A DNA stretch of 31,404 bases from Candidatus Heimdallarchaeota archaeon (GTDB lineage: Archaea; Asgardarchaeota; Heimdallarchaeia; Hodarchaeales; Hodarchaeaceae): contig JBHLSH010000046.1 of NCBI GenBank assembly GCA_048881705.1, positions 1 to 31,404 of the forward strand, written 5' to 3'. This document shows positions 1 through 8,541 of the stretch, piece by piece. The notes under the pieces were generated by a model. The model had not been told where the DNA came from. It searched no databases and saw only the letters and a list, made by a program, of their open reading frames with translations. The number at the start of each line of letters is the position of its first letter. Positions within the stretch are counted from its first letter, which is position 1. The translations under genes and the position numbers were made by a program.

Positions 1-1187
1 ACAGATTCAAAGAAATCCGCGTACCCAAGGTCAACTATTCTTACTGCTTGATCTTTCTCAACGTCATAAAAATTGATTAGATGAGATATCTGATTTTCCT
101 TATCTTCATCGATGAAAGTGATTTTGTCTAACTCCTGTTCGACTTGAAAATCGCTTCCGACTTCCTCCGAAACTGACAACCTAGAAGAGGGCACGTCTCC
201 AATTAAAGGTTCGCGATGATCTTCCATAGCTTCTTGAATTTTTCCTGTAACTTGGACTTGGTCAATTCCCTCTGGTTTCACTGCCTTTTTCATTAGATGC
301 TGTAGTCTATTTAGAACTACATCATCTGCACCCTTTGGTTTCTCAAGCTTGGTTGCATCTCTCATCAGATTTTGAAGCTTAGATAATACTTCTGATTTGC
401 CTACCGCCTTATGCCCAGGCAGAGACGCGGGAGATGATTGTCGTATTACTGTGGCATCAAAGGGAGTTAATGGAAGCTCGTCCTGAGGGGTTCCTCCCAA
501 ATGAGCTCGTTCAACAGCTTCAACTTCTTTCCTAATAACCATGCTCTCTTTCACATATTCTTCGATCGGCCCAATCTTTTCATGATCAACAAACTCGCTT
601 TCAGCCAGTTCTGTTGCCGAGAGCTCAAAAATACGCCCAAAACTCCGAATTACAGTCTCAGGTTTATAAATAGTTGTTCGAAAGAAGGGTAAATTACCGG
701 CCTTGTATTCCAGTTGAAATTGTTCCTTTAACTGAGAATGTATACTTTCATAATTAGGAAGATTCCGAACTAGATCGTTCTTATGGAGAAAAACGAAGAT
801 GTTCGCTTTGGGTGAAAATTCCTCCAATCGTTCCAAACAACCGCAAAAATACTGGATCGCGCTATTCCGTGAGGTTTTATTCGCTACATCAATAAGAAAA
901 ATAAACGATCTTACAGAACTGAAAACAAATGGGCTGAAATTGTTTAAAAATCGTTTTAAAAAGATTTTTTGACCACCCAGATCAACAATTGTCACGGGAG
1001 TATTTTTAATGTTCATTGTCATGCGTTCATAGTTGATTGTGGCACCTAAACTGTCCACATCTGCCGTAGATTGTTTTAGAAAGAATATTCGTTTGACTGC
1101 AGTCTTGCCAGCCTCACTTAGTCCAGCTAACAAGATCTTGTATCCTAATCGAGCACTGATATCGGCATGAGACACCCAGTCTGACAT
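1..1187 (-). CDS. Rag/Gtr1-like small GTPase with long C-terminal extension; 3' end runs off the window (not in ORF track)
   Basis: Manual translation from ATG at 1187 is open for 395 codons to the window edge: MSDWVSHADISARLGYKILLAGLSEAGKT (G1), ATINYER (G2), DLGGQ (G3), FLHKND (G4), FRTTIY (G5-like). About 210 aa of extension follow, ending ...LINFYDVEKDQAVRIVDLGYADFFES. Confidence 0.9.
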   Translation of the reverse strand, partial: MSDWVSHADISARLGYKILLAGLSEAGKTAVKRIFFLKQSTADVDSLGATINYERMTMNIKNTPVTIVDLGGQKIFLKRFLNNFSPFVFSSVRSFIFLIDVANKTSRNSAIQYFCGCLERLEEFSPKANIFVFLHKNDLVRNLPNYESIHSQLKEQFQLEYKAGNLPFFRTTIYKPETVIRSFGRIFELSATELAESEFVDHEKIGPIEEYVKESMVIRKEVEAVERAHLGGTPQDELPLTPFDATVIRQSSPASLPGHKAVGKSEVLSKLQNLMRDATKLEKPKGADDVVLNRLQHLMKKAVKPEGIDQVQVTGKIQEAMEDHREPLIGDVPSSRLSVSEEVGSDFQVEQELDKITFIDEDKENQISHLINFYDVEKDQAVRIVDLGYADFFES

Positions 1188-1245
1188 AATCTATTGATCC
1201 TGAGACGTTATCCTTCAGAGCAAGGAGAGCGGCCTTTTGAGAACC

Positions 1246-1252
1246 TTTTATA
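1246..1252 (+). promoter_or_regulatory. Candidate archaeal TATA box (GAACC-TTTTATA) in the divergent intergenic region between two Rag-like GTPase genes
   Basis: TTTTATA preceded by a purine-rich stretch. It also reads TATAAAAG on the minus strand, about 60 nt upstream of the ATG at 1187. Motif match only. Confidence 0.3.
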
Positions 1253-1379
1253 CCGTGATACACCCACATTATTTGGTAATATAAATGCTCTGAAATTCTT
1301 AAAACACGGGGTTAGGAAGAATGTGAAACGTTCTATAATCTTATTGAGATAGCGTTATAAAGCAGACATAGTTTGAATT

Positions 1380-2321
1380 TTGCTGGATCACTCAAGAAAG
1401 AGGAGATTACCATTGAAAACTGCCCCTCTACCACAAAAAGTTTTATTCATGGGATTAGGCGCATCAGGTAAGAGTAGTATACGGTCCGTTGTTTTTGAGG
1501 GAAAAACTCCGGATGAGGTGATGGACTATCATGCTACGATTAATTATACCCGTTCAACGAAAAGCGTTGTAGATTCGGCCTTTCAAATTTTTGATTGTGG
1601 CGGGCAGGAGAGCTTTATTTCCGTTTTTGTTGGGGAACAGGCGGAATTCATATTCTCCGATGTTCAAATTCTGGTTTGGGTAGTAGATGTAAGTAATTTT
1701 GATCAGGTTTCCACTTCAAAGTTCTATTTTGACCATGCGATGAATAGACTCGGTGAATTTTCCCATGAAGCGATTGCTTTTTGTCTTTTCCATAAAGCAG
1801 ACCTTTTATTGCCTCAGATGCAGGATGAAGTGATTAACACGCTGAAAGAATTCTTTATCCCCCCAAAAGACTGCGAAATAGAGATTAAGTACTATCAAAC
1901 CTCAATTTTCGATAATTCCGTACACCAAGCTGTCGGAGATTTAATTCAAACCCTCGTAATAAAGAATACAAAAGGGAAAGACGTGTCTCAGACGATACAA
2001 GAATTCATTGAAATGAATAAGGAATTGTCAGGAATCACTGTTTACACTGAAGACGGTCTTCCCGTATTCGAAGAAGGCCCGATGGCAGACAGGATTATTA
2101 TTCCTGCCAATCTTTGGCTTTCGAACTACGATCGAATCAGCAACGAATTTCCGTCCAACCAAACCCTGAAAACAACATTAGAAACCAATGAATATATGTT
2201 TGTGTTTCAAAAGATTAAATCTGAACTAATGCTTTCTGGGATCGCTCGGAAGGTCTCACCACTTCAATATATCTTAGTAAAAATGGAGAAACTAGCCGAT
2301 TTGATCAATGACTTGCTTTGA
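1380..2321 (+). CDS. RagA/Gtr1-like GTPase with C-terminal roadblock/longin-like domain
   Basis: KVLFMGLGASGKSSIRSVVF (G1), ATINY, IFDCGGQESF (G3), IFSDVQILVWVVDV, FCLFHKADL (G4) and YQTSIFD (G5) closely parallel eukaryotic RagA motifs. The last ~115 aa have a roadblock-like pattern (LSGITVYTEDGLPVF...YMFVFQKI...LSGIA). The TTG start is uncertain. Confidence 0.9.
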   Translation: MLDHSRKRRLPLKTAPLPQKVLFMGLGASGKSSIRSVVFEGKTPDEVMDYHATINYTRSTKSVVDSAFQIFDCGGQESFISVFVGEQAEFIFSDVQILVWVVDVSNFDQVSTSKFYFDHAMNRLGEFSHEAIAFCLFHKADLLLPQMQDEVINTLKEFFIPPKDCEIEIKYYQTSIFDNSVHQAVGDLIQTLVIKNTKGKDVSQTIQEFIEMNKELSGITVYTEDGLPVFEEGPMADRIIIPANLWLSNYDRISNEFPSNQTLKTTLETNEYMFVFQKIKSELMLSGIARKVSPLQYILVKMEKLADLINDLL

Positions 2322-2329
2322 TTTTTTTT
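2322..2329 (+). terminator. Oligo-T (T8) archaeal-type terminator candidate
   Basis: T8 run directly after the TGA stop at 2319-2321, between convergent genes. Confidence 0.45.
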
Positions 2330-2354
2330 ATTAGAATCAATGGGATCATCCGTT

Positions 2355-4472
2355 TTAAGGCTTTTTTCCGTTTTCGATGGGTTCCATACTGAGATCAGTT
2401 TGAAGAGAGGCTTTTATCCCTTTCGTTATTCTTCTAACAATCATAGATTGGCTTGGTAATGCGTATCCACATAGAGGGCACCGTTCCTGCCTTGTTAGCT
2501 CTTCAACAGAGCTGAAATCAAGATTACAGGCCGAACAGGTAAATGGGAATGCTTGTACCACGTCTGAACAGTTTGGACATCCAGTACGACCAACATTCTG
2601 TAAATCCACGTAATCAGAGATACAGATGTACCTCTTACATTCATGGCACTGAAAATAGCGTGGTTCTGCAATTTCGGTTAAACAAACCTGACAGGTTACA
2701 TTTTTTGGAGGGAGAGGGGAGAGGAGAAGCATTTGCGAACGGATGACGAGGCTTTTATTTGCAAAGATTTCCTTCTCGATTGTTGCTTTGGCAAATTTCG
2801 GGATTTCCAGTGGTTTTTTTTCAATAGTATCGGCCAGTTGTTCGATTGGGATGGCCTTACCGCGTTTTAAGTCCGATATCCAAGTTGCAGATCCAATAGA
2901 AAGGCTTCCACGCAGCGATTTTCCAACGGCAGAAAGTTTCTTCCCTATTCGCGGCATATAGCGTATAACCGTGTAACCTACGCCCAAAAGTATACTCAAG
3001 GCCACGAGTGAAGTTAGGATCTGAATTGGTGGATTAGATGCCATATCATTAGGGTTTGTTCCCCAAAGGATTTCGATATTGTCGTTCCATCCGTCATCAT
3101 CGCTGTCCGGATCATGTGGATTAGTTGAAGATTGAAATTCCTGAAGATTGGTCAGTCCATCATTATCGGGATCATCATTTGAGTCCTGCAGACTCCCATT
3201 TAGACCATTCTCATATTCATAGCCGTCAGGCAGGAGATCCGAATCGCTATCTGTTCTAGAAGGAGATGTACCGAATTGATATTCTAGGAAATTAGGTAAT
3301 TGATCATTGTCTGGATCTTCCATTCTGTCTAATGGATCTCCTGGGAATAGCCCATTTGCCTGTTCCCACAGATTAGGCATTCCGTCTGAATCCAGATCAG
3401 TAATATTCCACAATCTTACAGTACTATCAGCTGATGCCGATGCAAGAACATTGCCTGTCGGGTTAAAAGAAATGCTCAAAACGGATGATTCGTGTCCAGT
3501 TAGATTTCCAATCAGCTCACCTTTTGACAGAGAAGGAGCGGGATACGTGTCCCAAAACAAGAGACTCCGATCACTCCCTCCTGATGCCAAAAGCATGCCA
3601 TCTGGACTGAAATCTACGGTTCTAACCCAATCTGTATGGGAGGTTAAGTTTAGGACGAGCTCCCCTGTATCCACGTCGTTCAGATGAACACCGTGGTCAA
3701 AAGAACCGGATGCCAGTACTGATTCCTGGGGGTGAAAAACAATGCTTGTCACGCTATCTGAATGATCCTCAATCGTATGAACTGGCTTTTGATTCGAAAT
3801 ATTCCACAAAATGACTGAACTGTCGTATGATCCGGAGGCAAGGAGATCCGATGAACCGAAAGCAACAGTTCTGACTGAATCAGTATGTCCAGTGATGTTT
3901 GCAATGGTTTCTCCTGATTGAATGTCCCAAATCTTGATGTTATTATCGCTTGAGCCCGAAGCTAAAAGAGTTCCCTCAGAATTGAACGAAAGGCTCCATA
4001 CTGAAGCTGTGTGGCCGGTAAGATTTCCTATAATTTGACCCGAGGAGACGTTCCATAGCAATATTGACCGATCAAATGAACCAGAAGCCAGTAATTCCCC
4101 TGAAGGATTAAATGCCAGGCAATAGACTGAGGACGTGTGGCCTATTAGGTTGTGGACAAGTGATCCTGTACTCGTATTCCAAAGTTTAACTGTGTTATCA
4201 GCAGACCCAGAAGCAATCATCTTTCCATCTGGGTGGAAATCAACGCTCCAAATTGCCGAAGAATGGCCGGGCAGAGTACGAATCAATTTGGAATTGGGAT
4301 CGATGATCACGAGGGGAGCAACCTTTCCTTCCCTCCCAATTTTTCCTCCTCCGAAACTAGAATCTGTTAAAGTGACCGTATTACCATTAATTATTATATC
4401 TGGAGCAATTAAGGTAATCATAATACCGAAACAAATCATTGGGACTAAAAACTCCCTTTTCCGCACTTTCAC
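2355..4472 (-). CDS. Single-pass membrane protein: signal peptide, 7 WD40 repeats, 5 DxDxDG (thrombospondin type 3-like) repeats, TM helix, winged-helix-like segment, RING-like and zinc-ribbon Cys motifs
   Basis: Hydrophobic N-terminus (FLVPMICFGIMITLIA). Seven GH...SGSxD..xLWN/D repeats. DLDSDG, DPDNDQ, DSDSDL, DPDNDG and DSDDDG motifs. TM helix IQILTSLVALSILLGVGYTVI. C-terminal CQVC..CHEC..C..D..CPNC plus CSAC..CPLC. Confidence 0.9.
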   Translation of the reverse strand: MKVRKREFLVPMICFGIMITLIAPDIIINGNTVTLTDSSFGGGKIGREGKVAPLVIIDPNSKLIRTLPGHSSAIWSVDFHPDGKMIASGSADNTVKLWNTSTGSLVHNLIGHTSSVYCLAFNPSGELLASGSFDRSILLWNVSSGQIIGNLTGHTASVWSLSFNSEGTLLASGSSDNNIKIWDIQSGETIANITGHTDSVRTVAFGSSDLLASGSYDSSVILWNISNQKPVHTIEDHSDSVTSIVFHPQESVLASGSFDHGVHLNDVDTGELVLNLTSHTDWVRTVDFSPDGMLLASGGSDRSLLFWDTYPAPSLSKGELIGNLTGHESSVLSISFNPTGNVLASASADSTVRLWNITDLDSDGMPNLWEQANGLFPGDPLDRMEDPDNDQLPNFLEYQFGTSPSRTDSDSDLLPDGYEYENGLNGSLQDSNDDPDNDGLTNLQEFQSSTNPHDPDSDDDGWNDNIEILWGTNPNDMASNPPIQILTSLVALSILLGVGYTVIRYMPRIGKKLSAVGKSLRGSLSIGSATWISDLKRGKAIPIEQLADTIEKKPLEIPKFAKATIEKEIFANKSLVIRSQMLLLSPLPPKNVTCQVCLTEIAEPRYFQCHECKRYICISDYVDLQNVGRTGCPNCSDVVQAFPFTCSACNLDFSSVEELTRQERCPLCGYALPSQSMIVRRITKGIKASLQTDLSMEPIENGKKP

Positions 4473-4720
4473 ACCTAATCACCGCCCTTGGTTTCCTGAA
4501 AAAACCCTGATCTTACATAGACCAAAGTACATGTTTTCTTAATCAATGTGACTACCCTCTGACCTCCAATTCGAATATTAGTGTCCTCGACCAACAAATT
4601 GAGGAGCTCATAGGATCGTCCCTCGCATATATTGAAGAATAAATACTCTAGGAACTAGCTGAAAACCACTTCCTGAGGACTCTTACCCCTTTATAGATCT
4701 AAACTACTAATTCTATCGTT

Positions 4721-4726
4721 AAAAAA
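4721..4726 (-). terminator. Oligo-T (T6) terminator candidate after Rab-like gene
   Basis: A6 on the plus strand (T6 on minus), 5 nt downstream of the stop at 4732. Confidence 0.35.
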
Positions 4727-4731
4727 CTCGT

Positions 4732-5430
4732 TCAATTTTTGGAATATCTGACAGAGCGCTCTATCATACGTTTCTGACTGGTTTTCCTATCTCGTTTAAC
4801 ATTCTCTTGATGAATATAATTTGAAATTATCTCTCGTGCAAGAAAGAGAAAAGCGTCATCTACATTAATGTTTTCCTTAGCAGATGTTTCTATATACTTC
4901 ACGGAAAACCCAAACTTGCGTTTAGTGAACTTAGTTACTTCTTCAGCATAGGTTTTCCCATGTTTTGAGGCAACCTGTGATGGAAACGCAGGACTCTCAC
5001 GCAAATCGACTTTGGCCCCAACGATTATGAATGGTTTCTTCCCATGTCCATTCAAGGACCAAAAGGCCTTTATCCATTCCACCAGATTCTGATAGGATTC
5101 TGGATTGGTAATATCGAAGAAACACAGAGCCCCCATCGCCCCACGGTAATAGAGATCCCGTACTGCCTTAAACCGGGGCTGTCCTGCTAAATCCCAGATT
5201 TGGAATTTCAATTGGTAGGATCGTTTCGATTCAGAATGATAGACCGACATCTCTTTTGAGGCAAAATCGGCACCGATGGTCATAAGGTACTCTGTTTTGA
5301 ATCCTTCGCCCAGCCACGCCCTCCGTAGAGCAGTCTTTCCGACTCCACCGTCACCTATAAGTACGATTTTTGCTCGAAGCTTTGTATCTGCCATTAATTG
5401 TGCGCGAATCGAAGAGGTATCCTTTTGCAC
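4732..5430 (-). CDS. Rab-like small GTPase (Ras superfamily)
   Basis: GDGGVGKT (G1), TIGADF (G2/RabF1), KFQIWDLAGQ (RabF2/G3), RFKAV and YYRGA (RabF3/4), GAKVD (G4 variant), ETSAK (G5). No C-terminal cysteine. Confidence 0.93.
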   Translation of the reverse strand: MQKDTSSIRAQLMADTKLRAKIVLIGDGGVGKTALRRAWLGEGFKTEYLMTIGADFASKEMSVYHSESKRSYQLKFQIWDLAGQPRFKAVRDLYYRGAMGALCFFDITNPESYQNLVEWIKAFWSLNGHGKKPFIIVGAKVDLRESPAFPSQVASKHGKTYAEEVTKFTKRKFGFSVKYIETSAKENINVDDAFLFLAREIISNYIHQENVKRDRKTSQKRMIERSVRYSKN

Positions 5431-5934
5431 CTTTTTTTCCCGACTTTACTGTTTATTGTCCCGACCTCGTGGCTTTACGATGTAACCATAAATTATCAGG
5501 ATCTTCAATAACCTTTGTTACATCTCCTAGTGAGGGGTATAACCTAAGAGTCCATGCACGTCTAAGGCCTTTTTAAACCCTTCGATACAAAGAAGTGCTT
5601 ATAGATTCCGAATTTGACCCCCCAATCACGTCCAAGTAGAACAACTCTCTAGTCCATGATTAATGATAGGAAATGGATCTATATCAGGGAAATGGAAATT
5701 ATCTCATTTTGAATCAGTTTGATCACGCATTTTTAGCGGACTTGGAGAAAAGATCCTCTCAGACGGTCTTTGACAAATCTCGGGATGAACAGAGAATTCT
5801 TCTATTAAGCAGCCAAAATCTAATCCATGGAATCAATGCCTGCGGTAAGTAATCTCAATTTGTATTGGAATCCATTTTAGATTAACACGGAAATTCCAGG
5901 AAAATTTTCAAAATCGATGAAGATAGCGAAAATG

Positions 5935-6126
5935 TTATATGTTGTAAAATAGGCTTTCCCGGTTCCTTAAATCATGTATGGTGGTGGCACTCTTCGTTCT
6001 ATTCATCTTTTTCCTATATTTTGCATTGGTTTCTCCACATAGCTCCCTAGGCGCAAATTCAATAGAATTTTTGTTTTTTCTTATTAGGAATGCATTAATT
6101 TGGCCTTTAATCTCTTTTCCAGCCAT
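5935..6126 (-). CDS. Small basic hypothetical protein (63 aa), doubtful
   Basis: ATG-initiated ORF in an otherwise empty ~900 bp gap and co-oriented with its neighbours. No recognisable motif. Confidence 0.25.
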   Translation of the reverse strand: MAGKEIKGQINAFLIRKNKNSIEFAPRELCGETNAKYRKKMNRTKSATTIHDLRNRESLFYNI

Positions 6127-6329
6127 ATTTTACCACATTAACTGGTCACGGTTCATTTTATAGAGAACCAAAATTTGATCGTTTCTTTTTGGTTTTAATC
6201 TTTTGTCTTCTATTTCCTTTCTATTATCTAAAAAATTTAAGGAAAAAAAAGCATTGGGTCCGTGTGTTGCAATCTTACTGATAATAACGATCAGCATGTC
6301 TCTTAAAACTCATATATTCTCTTCTTAGG

Positions 6330-7289
6330 TTATATCGGTTTCCGGATGCTTTTTATCTCAAAAGCACGAAGTGCTATCTGTTCGGGACTGGGAGAATATT
6401 GCTTTCGTTCGACTGCGTATGAGGCCAGAGCTGAGCCAACTTTCGCTGCTTCTTCGATAGGCTTCTTCATTGCGACCCCAAAGATCACTCCCGCTCTAAA
6501 GGCGGATTCCCAGCCGGTTAACCGTCTGATTTCATCGGCAGGACCCTCAGTGATTTTGATAATTGCTTCATCTGAATGTACGACGATTTTGGTTCTATCA
6601 GTTATCGAAATAACATATTTTAGGGTATTAAACTGAGGTAAAATTTCCGTTCGTGATTTACCTAGTCGATTCTCGATTATCTGCAATTCTTCTTCACTGC
6701 AAATTAACAATGCGATTCTCTTGAAGATTGGTTCAAGTTTCCACCTAGTCAATTCGCTAATATTTCCATCAGGGGAATAGATTAGAGGGAGAGAACTATT
6801 ATACCTCGTTAACTCGGTTACAAACTTTATATCTGCTTCAGCCTTTCCAGTTGCAATAAAACCCGCGGAATATCCTTTCAATTCTTGAGTCGAGATTTTT
6901 TCTTTAAGCTGGTGTTCGGCAAAGAAACGATAGGTATTTTGTTGGTTGACCACTAATGAACGGCCATTTTCATCCGTTAACACATAGCTGCATGCGGTCT
7001 CTTTCTCAGAATCCGCAAAAATCCTTAGATCAATACCTAGCCCCTCCATATGAGGCCGAAAATGCCAATCAAAATTCTTTCCTACTTGAGAAATTACAGT
7101 AGGCGGCACGCCAAGACTAACCAATCCATACGCGACATGATAAATCATCCCATCAAAGGATCGTATCGCATCTCGAGATTCAACCCTCTTAACTACCCTT
7201 TCATTCCTGGCTAGCCCATCAAGGCTATCAGTAATAACAAAATCCAATTTTTCGGCTAGACGGCCGACCAGGATTACCTTTGTCTTCAA
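6330..7289 (-). CDS. PfkB/ribokinase-family protein with degenerate catalytic motif
   Basis: Family features: VAYGLVSLG..VISQVGKNF, ETACSYVLTD.NG, LIYSP, CSEEE and IEEAAKVGSALASYAVE. The canonical DxTGAGDAFxAG reads RLTGWESAFRAG. Confidence 0.8.
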   Translation of the reverse strand: MKTKVILVGRLAEKLDFVITDSLDGLARNERVVKRVESRDAIRSFDGMIYHVAYGLVSLGVPPTVISQVGKNFDWHFRPHMEGLGIDLRIFADSEKETACSYVLTDENGRSLVVNQQNTYRFFAEHQLKEKISTQELKGYSAGFIATGKAEADIKFVTELTRYNSSLPLIYSPDGNISELTRWKLEPIFKRIALLICSEEELQIIENRLGKSRTEILPQFNTLKYVISITDRTKIVVHSDEAIIKITEGPADEIRRLTGWESAFRAGVIFGVAMKKPIEEAAKVGSALASYAVERKQYSPSPEQIALRAFEIKSIRKPI

Positions 7290-7529
7290 GCAAGAATCAC
7301 CTTACTCCAAATAAATTAAGGGGCTGATTTGAACAACTACGCAAGATTTTCATCCGTGAAACCTAATACCACCCTATTTGTGATTATTGAATTTTTAAAC
7401 ACTAGGATAATCAACAGATTTGTTGAATTCTTCCTATAGATAGGTTTCGAATTGGAATGAGTTGTAATTGGGAATTTTGTGAAGGTTTGAATCTAGAAGA
7501 AGAAAGATTAAAGAACTAGGATTTCTACT

Positions 7530-8456
7530 TTGGACATAGGTCTGAAAATGAAAGTACGAGAACCAATTAGGGCTGGGAGTTGGTACGTGGGATATAAAGA
7601 AGGATTGATCAAAGAGTTGGAGAGTATGTATCTACATTCTGTTGGCCCAGGTAGGAGACCGCCGTCATTAGAAGAAAGAAGAGACAAAAAAGAGATCCTA
7701 GGACTAATTTCACCTCACGCAGGATATGCTTGTTCCGCCCCAACGGCCGCCCACGGATTCTTGTCTCTAGCGGAGGATCGGAGAGATATTGATACGGTCA
7801 TCTTGCTAGGAAACAAGCACACAGGCCTTGGCCCCGAGGTTTCTGTGGCTTCCCATGACGCTTGGAACACACCCCTAGGAGAGGTTACTTTGAACAAATC
7901 TCTTCTTTCGAGGGTAGTAAATAATAAGAGTCGCTTGGACAAAGAATTAGCGAAGCACATAGATTTTGATGAGGCTGCTCATCGGGAAGAGCATTCCATT
8001 GAACTGCAGATACCTTTCCTTCAAGATATTTTTGAAAGTTTCAGAATTGCTCCAATTGCAATCGGTCGTATTCCATTCAGTTTTGCTCAAGCTTTGGGCC
8101 AGTACTTGGCTGAAATCATAAGAACTGAAAAACTGGAAAATACGACCGTAGCAATCGCGAGTTCTGATATGACGCATGGTAACTACTTCCCATCCTTAAA
8201 TCATGAACAGGTTTCCTCACTTGACAAATTAGCCATTAAGCCTCTGGTGAATCGGAATCCAAGTTCTTTAGAGGAAATTGTTAAGAAGAATAATATCTCT
8301 ATGTGTGGATTAGGTCCAGTCATGGTTTTACTGTCTTGTACGGAAAGTCTTGGAGCTAAATCTGCAAAAGTCTTGAATTATGCCACAAGCGGAATGACGT
8401 GTGGGTCTATGAGTTCCGTCGTTGGATATTTATCCATGATTATTACCAAGGAATGA
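7530..8456 (+). CDS. amrB: MEMO1-family protein (AmmeMemoRadiSam system protein B)
   Basis: RxPxxAGSWY, SPHAGY, EEHSIELQIPFLQ, ASSDMTH, SMCGLGP and VVGYLS motifs. The real start may be the ATG at 7548. Confidence 0.93.
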   Translation: MDIGLKMKVREPIRAGSWYVGYKEGLIKELESMYLHSVGPGRRPPSLEERRDKKEILGLISPHAGYACSAPTAAHGFLSLAEDRRDIDTVILLGNKHTGLGPEVSVASHDAWNTPLGEVTLNKSLLSRVVNNKSRLDKELAKHIDFDEAAHREEHSIELQIPFLQDIFESFRIAPIAIGRIPFSFAQALGQYLAEIIRTEKLENTTVAIASSDMTHGNYFPSLNHEQVSSLDKLAIKPLVNRNPSSLEEIVKKNNISMCGLGPVMVLLSCTESLGAKSAKVLNYATSGMTCGSMSSVVGYLSMIITKE

Positions 8457-8541
8457 TTTTCTGAACATCAATACATATTCGCATCTGAACTGTCCCTTTT
8501 ACCCCTAATCGAATTCCACTAAGTCATATCTTCAAATAAAA

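Noticed and set aside
501-692. 63-aa plus-strand ORF
   Set aside because: Antisense shadow of the Rag-like GTPase gene at 1..1187(-).
3415-4290. Periodic sequence similarity at about 126-nt spacing
   Set aside because: Explained by WD40 protein repeats. There are no identical nucleotide repeats with unique spacers, so it is not a CRISPR array or DNA tandem repeat.
2543-4542. Plus-strand ORFs 2543, 2743, 3307 and 4135
   Set aside because: Antisense to the WD40 membrane protein, with no motifs.
5673-5852. 59-aa plus-strand ORF (MDLYQGNG...NACGK) found by hand in the gap
   Set aside because: Short, no motif and no clear ribosome-binding site, so it cannot be supported.
5276-6163. Plus-strand ORFs 5276, 5370 and 5978
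   Set aside because: They overlap the Rab-like gene or the 5935 ORF antisense. The hydrophobicity of 5978 is what the reverse complement of an A-rich sequence would give.
7530-8456. MEMO1 as a eukaryotic-signature cell-motility gene
   Set aside because: The family is widespread in archaea and bacteria, and no amrA or amrS partner is in the window, so it is not unusual.
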